The translations under genes and the position numbers were made by a program. From assembly GCF_009914755.1 (NCBI RefSeq), contig NC_060926.1: a stretch of DNA of 64,000 bases; one strand, 5' to 3'. This stretch comes from the human T2T-CHM13v2.0 reference genome, Homo sapiens. The first letter of the stretch is position 1, and the number at the start of each line of letters is the position of its first letter. The notes under the pieces are model-generated. The model searched no databases. It was not told the origin of the DNA and saw only the letters and a program-made list of their open reading frames with translations. Below, in pieces: positions 31,601-45,853 of the stretch.

Positions 31601-34600
31601 CTGTCTGGTAAGTAGATGCATCAGCTCCTTCTGGAAGCATGACAGGTGCATGGTGTTACACTGTGTGTGGGCGCTGATCCTGGCAGGAATAGTCAGTGAC
31701 CTGCTGTCAGAGCCCACGGAGATAACCTGAAGGAGCGCTCCAAATGTCCTTCTGCAAGCATTACCCACCTGGGGAAATTTCTCATCCAATGACTACCGAA
31801 GGGTAACTCTGCCATAACTCTGCTTTTCACTGTGGCCACCTCACCACTTGCACATGTTTATCCCATCTCAAGATGTTATCTGTGGTGTTTTTCAACATCA
31901 TCATCTCAGAGATTAAGGCATCGCATATAACGGGAGTGTTTATTACTATGCATACATCTGGCATGTTAGGACTTGTCAAGGAAAATTGACAGCCTAATAG
32001 CTTTTTTCCTATATTTATCATCCTTGATATTAAAACTCCAGTTAAAAATGGCACTTGATGAATAAAGAATGCTGCACCCATGAGCATTATTTGTAGAGTC
32101 AAAAAAAATTTGCTTTTACATAAACATTAATGTACTTAATTTACAATGTTTTTAAAAAATTGCAACTCCTTAGACATGGTGTGTAGGTATAGATTCTTGG
32201 GTGGCTGTGTTATAAATTATGTACCACTTTTATGTTCTGTTATTTGTCATAATTTTTCTTATGTTTTGAGACTCACAAAATAGTTTTTTTTTTAGTTAGA
32301 AAGCTTTCCAACCTTCCTAATTCATATACATGGCAACTCCCTCACTTCTCTCCAGTGTTGCTTTGCTCATTTGTATGATTGGTTTAAATATGTGATCTCT
32401 TCATTGTACTATACATGCTTCTTTGAGCAGGGATTACCCCTTGTTCTCTGTGCCTCCACAAAGACTATTTTGCGAAAAAACAAATAAAACACCAATCAAT
32501 GACATTTTTATTAAATTATAACTAAATAGAAAATGTTTCTAATGAAACGGTATAACGGTATTTTAAGGGGAGTTTTTTCTAACAGTAAACACAGAAATAA
32601 AACAACAAGCAAGCATTTTTAATATATTATAGATATTAACATCTGTAATATATAACAGTGGAAAAATTTGGTTCCTATTTCACACCAACTAATACTGTAC
32701 AAAATAGTTATTGGCAGCTAAGAACTAAATTATAGTGAAGTGATAAAAAATAATTTAAACACATTATTTTAAACTAAACATCTTTTCTATGTATATGTAA
32801 GAGAAAAAAGAGCTATTGAAAAGAAATAAATTTTCTAGAATGAGTTTTGATTTTTTCCTTCTTCTTTCCTTCTGAATTCTTTAAATATCTGGGCAAATAA
32901 AGTATTGAGAAGCAAATTTACTGGTTAATAAAGTCTCAAAATTGAGTAATTTTCCTTCTATGTATATTTTTTTCTTAAAAATTTTGTTTTCATATCCTTC
33001 TATATACTTATCAGACTATTTTGAACTATAAAAAATCATAGATTATAGAGTCAGATATTTTAATCAGCATTACTGGTAATGAAATGGCTAGAAATTAAGA
33101 GCAACACAAAGCAAAAACTATATTTAAAAACAACTCAGAAAGTACCATTTTACTATTTAATATATAATTACTTTTCTTTAGAAAACTAAAAATCTTCACT
33201 CAGTAAAACTAATTATCTCTGTAATCTCAATCTATATGCCATTGTTTCACTGAAATATATCACAAATTAATTATGTCAAACTTTCTTCTGCAATGTCTCA
33301 TATATAGCTCTTCTATTGCATTTTATTCTCCCCTCTTTCAGCTGATTTAAGTAACTTAAAATAAGTCTCTTTCCCTCCACATTTGCCACAATGTTTCTTT
33401 CTTCAAATCATCAGATTGAGTGGCAAATAAATGTTATTACTCAGTTCCAAAAGTACTGCTTGAATAGGCTCTCAGTAATTAACCAATATGTGATGAATTG
33501 AGAAGCATGAAAACAAACTTTGTATTTACATCTTAATTTTATAATGTTAAATTAAATATCATATTGAATGAAGTATATTTTAATGTCCTACAGTTTAACT
33601 AAATTTGATCAGCTTGACTTAATCCCTGGAAAATGATTTTTGGGTGCAAGGCAGGCATGGAAAAGAAACATCTAAGCAAAATATGAAAATCTAAATGAAC
33701 AAGTTGCAACAGAAATCTGACTTTGAAAGAAAGACCAATTCATGAGAGTAATATACATGAAATTTTAAATTCAATGTATTTCTCATGAAATTTTGGTTGG
33801 TTTTCTAAATATCCTTCATCTACTTGAGTAAACAATTTAAATTTTGCACACATGGTTTCTATTGAAATGGGTAATCAATAAATATGTTAGTGACTGTTTT
33901 TCAAAAGAGAAACCCAACAAGAAATGCCAATATTTAATCCCTTTGTGGGCATGAATTTAACTTGTTGCCTAAACAATATACTGATAAAAAAAGAGGTTTG
34001 TATTAAATGCCGATTTCACTCTGTAGCATTGATTACACAATTAAAAAAGAAAAAAAAAAGCACCTTTACTTAAAGCTCACCTTCTTGGTTGCAAGAATAT
34101 ACCAGATTAACAAGAAAAGAAAAGAAAAGAAACACAACTGCTGATATATCCTAGGGACATATTCTTATATATCTTATTTCATTATATCAAACAGATTTTA
34201 AATTGCTAGAACTCAAAACTAGCTGAAAGAACAAAATTACAACACATCAAATTATTAGCTAAATATAGTGCTATAAGAAGAATATTCTGAAAAGAAGATT
34301 GGCTGTTTAAAGATAAAGGAACATCAGGGTCAGCCGCTAATGTCAAAGGCAAATAAATACTGTTCCAAGTATTGAAGATAATATGCACTAATAGTGGGTT
34401 TTAGCTGGATTCAGTCTGATGCAGGTGCATGTTTAGCAGCTGTGAAAGCAACACACTAACACACACATTCACACATAAACATGCACACAGAGCATAATAT
34501 AAACCAGCTCTCTTAAAATGTAGAGAACCGAACACTGCAAACAAAAACCTCAAAAACTAATGAACTCATGTACATTCTTGAACAGTAGCTCTCTATCTCC

Positions 34601-34689
34601 AGAAGATTTTTCAATTTCTAACAATCCAAGATTTTAAAGCATAAATGGACCCATATTCAGGCTGAAACTCTAGGAGAAAAATTCTTTCT

Positions 34690-34880
34690 CCAAAATGCTT
34701 ACTAATGGAACTTTAGCAAATTACCTTAATATTTTTGTATCTCCATTTTCTCATTTTATAAAATACCATACAGTAGAACTTATCTCAAAGCCATATTACT
34801 AGGATGACATTTAAACATAATATATGTATATAAAACACTTAGCTCACACTTAGTGCTAAATAAATATTAATTATTACATT
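34690..34880 (+). mobile_element. MIR fragment
   Basis: TTTAGCAAATTACCTTAA...CTCCATTTTCTCATTTTATAAAA...AAAACACTTAGC. Confidence 0.6.
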
Positions 34881-35274
34881 ATTACTATCCCACAGTTGAT
34901 TAATAGTTTCAGTGAAGAAATAAAAAGCAAAATTATAATTTATTTTATCAGAAATCTTACTTGAATTCATAAAAGCATACTTGTCTACTAATTTTACAGT
35001 TAATCACTATATTTATTTTATTGGTGGTCACTGACCAACAGAGAACAATTACCTTCACTCACTAGTATATAATTAGCATTTATGGAAAGATGGGTACTAT
35101 TTTAGGTTAGACAGGAATTACGTGTGGTAAGTTTTGTTGTTGTTGTTGTTTATGGTCAGCATTAGTAATTGAAAAGATTCTCACAGATACTGTAAGAATC
35201 ACTGACTCAGGCAAATGGCTCACATAGCTGAGAGAATATCCAAATCACATTCAACTTTAATATATGTTGTTCTT

Positions 35275-35770
35275 TGTATTAGTCTGGCATTGCTGCTGTA
35301 AAAAACAGCACAAACTTACCGCAAATTTAATGGCTTTAAACAACACACATTCATTGCCTTACAATTCTGGAGTTCACAAGTCTGAAATGGGTCTTGCTGG
35401 GCTAAAATTAGGATGCTAGCAGGGTTAGCAGGGTTCTGGAGGGTCCGGAGAACAATCTGTTCACTTGCCTTTTGCAGCTTCTAGAGACTGTCTGCATTTC
35501 TTAGCTCATAGTCCCCTTCCTTCCATCTCCAAAGCCTTCTCATGTTGCCATGACTCTGTTCTCCCCTTCTGCCTCTCTCTTCCACTATTAAGGACCCTCA
35601 GGATTACACTGGGACCACCCAGATGATGCAGGATAACCTTTCTATTTTAAGGTCAGCTGATTAGCAAACAATTTCATCTGCAACTTTAATTCCCTTTTGC
35701 CATGTAACCTAACACAGGTTCTGGGGATTAGGATGTGGGTATCTTGAGGAGCCATTATTTTGACTACCAT
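35275..35770 (-). mobile_element. MLT1C/D-like MaLR solo LTR
   Basis: TGTATTAG...GCTGCTGTAA...CAGCTTCTAGAG...GGTTCTGGGGATTAGGATGTGG...GCCATTATT; ~500 bp. Confidence 0.8.
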
Positions 35771-35904
35771 CTACCTCTCAAATGATAATTTTAAAGCCAC
35801 TACTATGTTCAATGCAATTTAATGTTTGGAAGTGTTTTAAGTATCTGTATAAATACATAAAAACTATATATACCTATGACATGAAGAGCAGTAAAGTAGG
35901 AAGG

Positions 35905-35907
<3 letters not shown>

Positions 35908-35956
<49 letters not shown>

Positions 35957-36022
35957 TGTGTGTGTATGTGTGTGTATATATGTGTGTGTATGTGTGTGCA
36001 TGTGTGTGTATATATATATATA
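35908..36022. repeat. Compound (TA)n/(TG)n microsatellite
   Basis: ~19 AT units, then TG/TA mosaic, then a TA run. Confidence 0.95.
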
Positions 36023-36039
36023 TACTATTATGTATACAA

Positions 36040-36720
36040 CACATAGGATGAGAGAAAGTCTCTTTGAAAAGGTGGCATTTGGAAAAACACTTAAAGAAGG
36101 TGAAAAATTGAAACAGAGTTTATGGGGGACAATTTCAAGCAGAGAGAGCAAAAAGTTCAAAGGCACCAAAGAGGTAGGGTGTTTGTGCACTTGAGATGCG
36201 GCCAGGAGGCCAGGACAGTATGGCTGGAATGCAGTGAGAAAGGGAGAGAGGGGAAAAGATTAAAGTGTGAAGAACAACAGAGGTAGCACACCTACAGCCT
36301 TGTGAGTTACTCAACCCAGAGAGAGATACATTCGAGAAGTGTCACAATCTGAAAAGCAGCATATGGCTGTTGTGTACAAAATAGACTGTTGGAAGGCAAG
36401 GTTGGAGGTAGGAAGACCAGTTTAGAAGCTACTCTAATAATCCAGGTTAGAAATAACCATGATTGTACCATAGTGGAAGCATTGGATGTGCAGAGACATG
36501 TAGGATTCTGCATATATTTAATATAAATGGAGTGGCAACATTTACTGATGAAAATAATTTGAAGTCATAAATAAAAAAGGAAAATAATTCTAGACGACCT
36601 GAAGATTTTGTCATGAGCAATTGAGGAACATAGCTCACATTCACAGAAATGGAACGAACTATAGAGGAAGCATGTTTAGAAGAAAAAATCAAGAGTTCCA
36701 TTTTTGTACATGTTAATATT
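36040..36720 (-). mobile_element. L2 fragment
   Basis: AAAGTCTCTTTGAAAAGGTGGCATTTG...GGAGACC-like AGACCAGTTTAGAAGCTACT...AATCAAGAGTTC; purine-rich antisense L2. Confidence 0.7.
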
Positions 36721-36817
36721 ATAGATAGTTATGGGATACCTGCTGTCAGAGTACGATCTAAGTTTAAAAGAAGAAAGTATAAATATTGATATCTATGATA
36801 GATAGATATCATAAATA

Positions 36818-37108
36818 TCTTTTATCAGGTTCAGGGATACATGTGCAGGTTTGTTGTATGGATAAACTCATGTCATGGGGCTTTGTTGTACAGATTATTT
36901 CATCACCTAGGTACTAAGCCTAGTACCCAATATTTATTTTTTTTCTGATCCTCTCCCTCCTCCCACCCTCTACCCTCAAGTAGGCCACAGTGTCTGTTAT
37001 TCCCCTCTTTGTGTCCATGTGTCCTCATCACTTAGCTCCCACTTATAAAGTGAGAACATGGGGTATTTGGTTTTCTGTTCCTGCATTAGTTTGCTAAGGA
37101 TAATGGCA
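36818..37108 (-). mobile_element. L1 3' end fragment (L1PA13-15-like)
   Basis: GGGATACATGTGCAGGTTTGTTG...CTGATCCTCTCCCTCCTCCCACCCTC...TTAGTTTGCTAAGGATAATGGC. Confidence 0.88.
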
Positions 37109-37129
37109 TCTTGTCTTTTAATAAAAGGC

Positions 37130-37440
37130 CTCCTGTGTTGAAGTTGGGCACATTTCTTAGCTTCTCTTGAAGTTTGGCATGTCTATGTGCCTTAGTTATG
37201 GTCATTGGTATAAAGAGGCAGTGGTGTGTACCAGCGCTTGATTGTGCCATTAAAATAATGATATTTGTGTTCTTCTGACCTTTTTTCCATTCCAGCCACT
37301 AAATGTCTAACATAACAGAGTTGTCCTACCAGCTTTGCTCATCTACATCAGCGAGATTAACTGATACATTTCTTAAGTCAATATATCTTGGGGTCTCTTT
37401 TTAACAGAAGCTTAGCTTGTATTTTCACTAAATATAATAT
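37130..37440 (+). mobile_element. MLT1-type LTR fragment
   Basis: CATTTCTTAGCTTCTCTTGAAGTT...TTATGGTCATTGG...TTAAGTCAATATATCTTGGGGTCTCTTT. Confidence 0.45.
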
Positions 37441-39594
37441 CTAAGAAAAATATATTGACAAGGCAGCTGAATACTAAATGAGTCTGTGTTTAAGGGAGAG
37501 TTAAAGAATAGAGAAAGGCACTGGGAATCTTCAGCATCTAGATGATCTCTGAAGCCAGGGGACTGAATGAACTGCTGATGTCAATTTATTTTCTTCAGAC
37601 AGAAATAAATTTTCCCCACCTTTATGGGTCCACTCCACTATGATCAAGTAGGCACTGAAAAGCATGGCTTTTGCCTTTTTTTTTTTTCCTTTGGTTACTG
37701 CTGTATAGACCCACAGTACTAGCCAGAATACTAGAGACCATATAAGCCTATCAAACCCAGAGTTGAAAGTGATTATTTGTCTTGGAAGAAGATCAAGTCA
37801 TTTTATTTTACCATTCCTTATCTTACTATGCAGAGGCCAGACTCTTTTTTTCTTTCTACTTGGATATTTAGGATTACAGTTTTGGTGCTGAATACTATGA
37901 GCTTCACTCTATCACAGTCACATACTGAAGAACCCAGAAGTCAGAGATACTTTGTTTGGTCAGACTATACCTATTTAAAAAAAAATAAAGTTGAGGGACT
38001 TAGGTAGTAAGTTTTGTCTTTCTAGAACCCACAAAACCCCACAACTCTCCATAGTGTTATAGGTCATTTCAATTCACACAGGTATACAATTAATTTGGCA
38101 CTGATAGGTATTTAAGTTTGGGAGTTTAAGCTAAAAATCATTTTTGGAAGAATTAAAACCTTATGCAAAAAGTTATACAGCATGTTTTATCTTGCAGAGA
38201 TTTCTTTACTTTGCACACACGGGCTACTGAGACTTCATACTGAAACTTTATAGCCTAAATCCATGTATCTTTGTTTCTAAGAGTACCTTTATTGGAGCAC
38301 TGGAAAAAAAAACATATTTAGGTATCTCCTTCAAATACAAGGTGAATTACTTTATACAGACAACACAAGAGAGGGGAGGCATTAGAGTTCACCAGTCTGG
38401 AAGCCAGGACCTAAGCTCTGAAAGTCCCAATGGGCCCTGAGCGGTTAAGGAGAGCTTGGGTGTTGATGACAGGTGTAAACATTCAGAAGATCACAGTTAC
38501 AGTGACACTTTGTCTTAGAATTTATGTTCTGCAATTAGTTGATTTTCCTGACATTATCTTTCTAAAGTATTGTATATTTGGACCACAACAGGGCACAGAA
38601 CTGGTCCCTTTTTCTTCTCTGACAAAGGACCCTAGGATGAAGAACAATTACGTAGATTTTCTCTCTACTATTATACTTGGGGTTTCAAATCTATTGAGGA
38701 ATTTTGGCTCATAAAACCTTACTTAATAAAGTCCTTCAATAATCTACTGTGGAAAAAATCGTATATAATTAAATAAAATCACAGACATAGCTTATTATAT
38801 ATCGGTGAGTGTATACCAAATGTATATGAATACAATTTATTGAGCCATGATTCCGAACACCCACTGAATCAGGTTGTTCTCAGATTTGCCCAGCATTTTA
38901 TGAAACCTATTATTCTTATTTGACATTACTGCAATATAACAGACCATAGTGACATTTGATTACATTCCGTTTTATTATTGCTTTGTAGCAAATTGTTCTC
39001 ACCAATAAGTGATAAAAATGCAGAGGCAATTGTAGTACAAACATGAAGACATTTATTCCTCTTTTGTGTTGTAAGATCATCCAGAAGCATATGAACAGCA
39101 TAGACTTGGCCTTTATTTATCTCATCTTGAAATAACTGTATCACAAATAAAAAATTAATATATATTATAAGCTAGATAAGAGTACATTTCTAAGCTAATA
39201 AAAAAATTTAAAAATTATATATGTTATAACTGGTTTCTTATATGTAACTTAAAGACTGATTGAAAAATGTAAAATATTAACTGATACATAAAAGCTAATG
39301 TCCCATGTAAATTATTAGAATATTATAAACAAGTAAGCTACATACCCTGAATATTAATGTTCATATATGCTTAGTCTGTTATGATAGTATTCAATGTCTT
39401 TATAGTGTGAAATATTCTCTGCAATAAATATCCATAAGCTATTTCAAAGCATACCTTTTCCAGCACCCTTTTTGACAAATATTTCCTGGCAACGAGGAAA
39501 TAAAACAATGTTGGTTGGATTTATGTATTCAATTGCTTTAATATTTTTATTTTTCCATAATTATCATTAGGTCATGATTATATCTATTTATATA

Positions 39595-39996
39595 TGGTCA
39601 CGTGTTACTTAATACCTGGGGTAAGTTCTAAGAAATGCATTGTCAGGCAATTTTGTCATCGTGTGAACATCGTAAAGTACACTGTATTTACACAAACCTA
39701 GATGGTATAGCCTATTACACACTTAGGAGAAATGATATAGCCTATTGCTCCTAGACTATAAATCCGTACATTATGGTATTGTACTTAATACTATAAACAA
39801 TTATAAAGACAATGGCAAGTATTTGTGTATCTAATCATAGAAAAAGTACAGTAAAATATGGTATAAAAGGTTACAAGTGGTACACCTGTATAAGGCACTT
39901 ACCACGAATGGAGTTTGCAGTTAATTATAATCTTGAGACCACCATGGTATATGTAATGTGCTGTTGATGAAAATGTTGTTAGGTGGCACATGACTG
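39595..39996 (-). mobile_element. Tigger3 (Golem/MER7) derivative, opposite orientation to the 5730 copy
   Basis: TGGTCACGTG...CACATGACTG ends flanked by TA; internal CACAAACCTAGATGGTATAGCCTA is the near reverse complement of sequence at ~6190-6215. Confidence 0.82.
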
Positions 39997-40108
39997 TATG
40001 TGTGTTTGTGTGTATGTAGGTTTATGTGTGTGTGTACACTCATTACTTTTCCATTTAAATACTCGATGTGAGGAGAAGATAACTAAGATAAATGACAAGA
40101 ATGTCTAA

Positions 40109-40522
<414 letters not shown>

Positions 40523-40654
40523 TAGTTTAATTCTGATTTCACATTAAGTTAAAATAGTTTTATCTTTCTCACTATGCCATAAAACATAATAATATTGTCT
40601 AATTTTCTTGTAGAGGCTGGATATGAGACCTTTCCCAAGATCACGTCCTTTCTC

Positions 40655-40734
40655 TTCCTGTGTTAGTTTGCTAAGGATAATGGCCTCCACCAAAGGAGCT
40701 GGAGGCCATTATCCTTAGCAAACTAACACAGGAA
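40655..40734. repeat. Perfect inverted repeat, 35-bp arms, 10-nt loop
   Basis: TTCCTGTGTTAGTTTGCTAAGGATAATGGCCTCCA (40655-40689) is the exact reverse complement of 40700-40734. Confidence 0.97.
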
Positions 40735-40997
40735 CAGAAAAGCAAATACTGCATGTTCCCACTTATAAGTGGGAGATAAATAATGAGAACACATAGACAC
40801 ATAGAGAGGAATAATACACATTGGGGTCTTTTGCAGGGTGGAGGGTGGGAAGATGGAGAGGGTAAGGAAAAATAACTGAAGGACACTAGGCTTAATACCC
40901 AGGTGATGAGATAATCTGTACAACAAACCCCCATGGGACAAGTTTACCTATATAACAAACGGCATTTGTACCCCTAAACTTAAAAGTTTTTAAAAAA
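40695..40997 (+). mobile_element. L1 3' end fragment (L1PA13-like) with 5' fold-back
   Basis: GGAGCTGGAGGCCATTATCCTTAGCAAACTAAC...CACTTATAAGTGGGAG...AATCTGTACAACAAACCCCCATG...AACTTAAAAG. Confidence 0.88.
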
Positions 40998-41530
40998 CCG
41001 TTATATTCATGCTTTTGTCATTCTTTTAAATTAATTTCCTATTATTCAGACGTTATCAGCACTAGACCCATGTAACTAAAATGAATTTAAAATTATTTTA
41101 TAAGGGAACAATAAGTCAATATTATTACATCTCTTATCCTTCTTAAAGTAAACTCCTTTATTCAAAATAATGTGACTATATTATTTTACATTATTCATAC
41201 TTGACAAAACAGAACAGTGCTAACCATTTCTTGGTAATAACCATCATCTCTGCCTGGCAACATCACAGCCTGCAGCATCAATGTTTATGAGAACAAAATA
41301 CATTTATTTTGTTATAGATTTCCAACTAGCTGTTTTCACTAGTAAATGAACTCCTTTATTTATTTAGGTAAGGAATATGTATAGTTTGCTCTCTGTATTT
41401 CACAAACATTCTATAATGGGTAGTAAGTCAAAAATAAGTATTAATTTGAAGAGCCCGACAGTCTTTTTTAAAAGTTGGCTTAATTTCTCTGATGCAAACA
41501 TGGACATCTTCATTCTGCTACTTTTCATAA

Positions 41531-41825
41531 CTTTTTTGTTTTTTGAGACAGGTCCTTGCTCTGTCACCTAGATTAGAGTGTAGTGGCTTGATCATAGATC
41601 ACTGCATCCTCAATCACCTGGGCTCCAGTGATCCTTCCACTCATCTTCTAGAGTAGCTGAGACCACAGGTGCCTGCCACCATGCCCAGCTACTTGTTAAA
41701 TTTTTAGTAGAGATGGAGTCTCCCTAAGTTGCCCAGGCTGGTCTCCAGCTCCTGGGTTCAAGCAATCCTTCCACCTCTGCCTCTCAAAATATTAGGATTA
41801 CAGGAGTGAGCCACCATGCCCAGCC
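41531..41825 (-). mobile_element. AluJ
   Basis: J-type diagnostics; TSD TACTTTTCATAA (41519-41530) / TACTTTTCACAA (41826-41837). Confidence 0.92.
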
Positions 41826-41949
41826 TACTTTTCACAATTTAGCGTATCAATATTTTATTAAATATTTTGAATGGCAATATTTGTTCAAATGACTTGCAGA
41901 AGCCAATGTAAAATCAACATAAGAAATAATGTGATGGAGAAAATGGACC

Positions 41950-42800
41950 TAAATATGGAATCTAAAATAATCTCACAGAAACAGCGATTGGTGGTTACAG
42001 AGACTGGGGGTTGGAGAAAATGGGGAGATGATAATCAAAGGTTACAAATTTCAGTTAGACAGGAGAGGTTTTATTCTTTTCTTTTTTTTTTTTTTGAGTT
42101 CTGTTGCACAATGTGGTAAATATAATTAGTAGTAGAATATTTTACATTTCAAATTGGTAAGACAGTGACAACCAAAATGAGTGATTGAGGCATAAGTTTC
42201 AATCACTGAGGTTTATTAAGCCAGCTTTAGAGTGCATCTAGGGAAACACACCAGCCACAGATAAACCTGTGGCTATTTTTCTAAAGAGGTTTTTGGGAGG
42301 TTTAATATGTATGCATTCCTTAAAGTGGGGAGAAGGTACGTAGGAAGACAGGTAGGTAGGCAGTAAGGCAAATGGGTACAACCCTGTGAAATTTTAGTTA
42401 GTGTCCAGTAAATCTACATTTTACACAAGATATAGTGAATGTTAGAAGAGAAAAAGGGAGTAAAGGAGGAGCCAATTATGTGCACATCTTTAGGCAGGTG
42501 AAGAAATGAGTCTTGTTTTTGTTCTGTACCTGGAAGACAAGCTTCCATTTGGAAGAGGATGTTGCACAATTCAGCTTCATGGCTTTAATTTGGGGGGTCC
42601 TGAGATTTTTTTTTTACCTTCCAAGAGTAAATTTCAAATGTTCTCATCAAAAAATTTAAGCATTTAACGTGAAGGATAGGTTAATAACTTGATTTAATCA
42701 TACCATACTGTATTCTTAAGCTATAACATCACTTTGTACCTCATACTTTTATACAATTATAAATTGTCAACTTACAATAAAACAAAAAAGAGAAAAAAAA
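41950..42800 (+). mobile_element. L1MA-type 3' end, interrupted by a solo LTR
   Basis: ATATGGAATCTAAAA...GGTGGTTACAGAGACTGGG...TTTCAAATTGGTAAG | AGAGTAAATTTCAAATGTTCTCA...ACATCACTTTGTACC plus A-rich tail. Confidence 0.8.
42166..42623 (-). mobile_element. ERV1 (MER4-group-like) solo LTR
   Basis: 458 bp with TG...CA ends, 4-bp TSD ACAG/AGAG, minus-strand AATAAA (TTTATT ~42212); L1 sequence is continuous once it is removed. Confidence 0.72.
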
Positions 42801-42880
42801 CTAGGAAAACATTTTGAAATGAAAATTCAACCTCTGACTATAACTCTCAGGTTTGTATTGACAAAATTGAGATATACTAA

Positions 42881-43459
42881 TGAAGATAATCAAAATATTT
42901 TACCCCAAAATATATCTCTTTGACATAATTTGAAATGGCTGCTACAGGGACAACAGACTGAGGTGGCTCTGCAAAGCCATCTTTTGTAGAGAAAATTTGC
43001 ATCTGTGGAGAATTTCCATTGATGTAGCCAGGACTTCTCTTTCTAGGCATTTCTGAGATCTAGGAGAGGTTAACTGATAGCCTGACACTTTTAAAGACCT
43101 GAAAAGAAACATTTACCATCTATTCTCTCTGAGAGATGCTACCTGTGAGGGTTCATCTATATAGCACAGCCACTTTTGACAGGCAGGACTCTTTCTTTCT
43201 CCCTATCATCACCTGTCTTGCCACTAAAATCTGATTTACCAGCATAAATCATTTGGCCGTGCTCTGAGCCAACATTCTGTTTATAACCTCAAGATGGTAT
43301 ATAAGCTTCTGTACCTCATAAGGGGCGTGGTTGTCATTCTGAAGGCTCCCATCTGTACAGGTTAAATAAATGTGTATACCTTTCTCCTGTTAATCAATCT
43401 GCCTCTTGTCAGTGATTTTTCAGAGAACCTTTAGGGGGCTAAGGGCCTTGGTCCCCACA
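42881..43459 (+). mobile_element. MER34-family ERV1 solo LTR inside a MIR
   Basis: TGAAG..ATCAAAATATTTTACCCCAAAATATAT...GGTATATAAGCTTCTG...AATAAA...GGTCCCCACA; MIR-like sequence on both sides. Confidence 0.75.
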
Positions 43460-43577
43460 ATATTATCTCATGAAGCTGTTGTGAGGAATAAATAAGAAAA
43501 TCTATTTACAATAATAAACATAGAATGTGGCCTTTTGAGGACAATTTGTACATGCTTTAAAAATATTAAAAGCAATA

Positions 43578-43867
<290 letters not shown>

Positions 43868-43923
<56 letters not shown>

Positions 43924-43962
43924 TATGTGTGTGTGTATGTGTATATATACATAGAGAGAGAG
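43868..43962. repeat. Compound (AT)n(GT)n(AG)n microsatellite in an Alu tail
   Basis: Lies between the residual A tail and the 3' TSD. Confidence 0.93.
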
Positions 43963-44268
43963 AGCAATAAAATTTGGTATAGTGTCTATCACGTATGGGC
44001 CTTTCTTATTATTTGAAAAATGAAAGAACTGAATGCTATGATTTCTATTGACTATGAGTGTATCAATTAGAAAATAAACAAAATTAACAAATTTTTCTTT
44101 GTGATTAAACATATAAAATTAGAAAAATTTTAAATTAGGAATGAACACCTCAAATAAAACAATAGAAAATAGGTAATTTAACAAGATAAGATGTCAAAAA
44201 GGAAAACAAAAATCAAATAAGTGGAGAAAATAAAGGAAAGTAGTAAAAAAGTCAAGGACAAGAAATAG

Positions 44269-44437
44269 AATTTGAGAGCTGAATGACACAAAAGGTCTTG
44301 GAATGACAAAAAAAAAAAAAAAAAACAAGGAGTCTGGGCAGGCCAAGTTTAAAGATCAATAAGTAAACAAGTATTCAAAAAGAAAATAAACATGAGCAGT
44401 ACACCTGGGAGTGACCCAAGATAGAGATATAAGAAAA
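44269..44437 (+). repeat. Direct duplication, copy 1 (169 bp)
   Basis: AATTTGAGAGCTGAATGACAC...GATAGAGATATAAGAAAA recurs at 45854-46011; 3 substitutions plus A18 vs A7. Confidence 0.97.
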
Positions 44438-45853
44438 GTGTGAAATTGTATGTTGGGAGAGGGGACTTGAATGTGGTACAAGCTTTCTATGCAAAGACTA
44501 TAACATATTTTTCTTTTTTTTTTTTCAAACAAACATCAGCTTCTCTTTGCTGTCACATGAATTCCCTATGTCCACTGGTAATTGAAGTAAATGAAAACCT
44601 AGAATCAGAGCTACAACTTATGTTAGGAGTTGTAAGTTTCAATCTATTGATTCTTCTATAAAATCAAAGCTAGAAAACATCCTTGATTATTCACATTGCT
44701 CATTTTAAAATTTTGATTTAAAGATTTTCTTTTATGGTGTTTAATAATTCATTAAACATTTACCAAATAACTACAACACAAGACAATGTCCAGAGATGGA
44801 GATAAATCAGGCATATTACCTCTCTTTGAGGAGGCTTTAAACAATTAAGTAGAGAGATAGGTGGAAAATTACATGTTATAGGTGGAACTATAAATGCATG
44901 TATAAGAGTTAAACATATTTTTATAAGTGGAAAAATACACATAATCAAAATTGCACATAAATATACTTTAAGAGTAACATGCATTTTACCTAAACAAATA
45001 TAAGCCAAATAACATGATAATTTGAAAGATAAATTTAATTTCCTAACATTTAAATGTTTCACTCTTTTAAGTATTTATTCTTATCAATATTATTGGTTGA
45101 TATTATTACTATGTATATTTTATGGAGGGGAAAGCAGAACAGAGGAGTAAGCAACTTTTCAGGTCTACAGAATGTTAATATGTACTTGCTTTCTGCTTAA
45201 AATCCCAATCCTGTTTCCTGGAATATTGTCTATCTTTATATTCAAAATTTCCAAGATTTTTTGTTAGCAGGCATGTGAAAAGGTTAGGGAGAAGCAGAGA
45301 CAAAGATTTCAGGTCTGAAGGCAAAGTAATATTAGCGCCCTCTTTTATTAAGATGTACCTGTCCAACTATGCCAATTTTAATTTGTTTCAGTACTCTGGA
45401 CTTAGTCCCAAATAGTAATAATTCTTTCTTACAAATACTTGAGGTTCTAATATTACCACCAAGCCCTAAGTTCATTGCTTTTGATATCTGTATGAAGGTG
45501 GTGCTTCCCTACCATTCCTTGGTAGCTAATGATTTATTTTTCCAACTCAAATTGCACCACTTTCCCACAGCAATCATTTATTCCCTTCAATAACAATCTT
45601 AATTAAAGTTTCACATCAACATTTCATCCTGCTTTAGATTTTAAATTTGTTTTTAAATAGCACATAGAAGGCAAACTAACAGAGTTCAAACATTACATAT
45701 ATATATATATATATCTCCAATACAATTATTAATTATTTTTAAGACAACTTTCTTTCATGAAATCCACATCCATTGAAATTTACTATTTATTTTAGTTACA
45801 TATGTTTAAAACTCTATACAATGACCAATGATTCTTCTTTACCTAGCTTAAGT

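Noticed and set aside
31490-32102. Two adjacent minus-strand ORFs (99 and 91 aa) in unique DNA
   Set aside because: No recognisable domain, the first runs into a MIR, and the lengths are within chance expectation
35782-36194. ORFs with [12 protein letters not shown] runs (also 43816-44016 and 59345-59734)
   Set aside because: Translations of dinucleotide microsatellites
42183-42275. Short hairpins TGATTGAGGC..TTTCAATCA and AGCCACAG..CTGTGGCT
   Set aside because: Lie in the R/U5 part of the solo LTR and are probably inherited from the element
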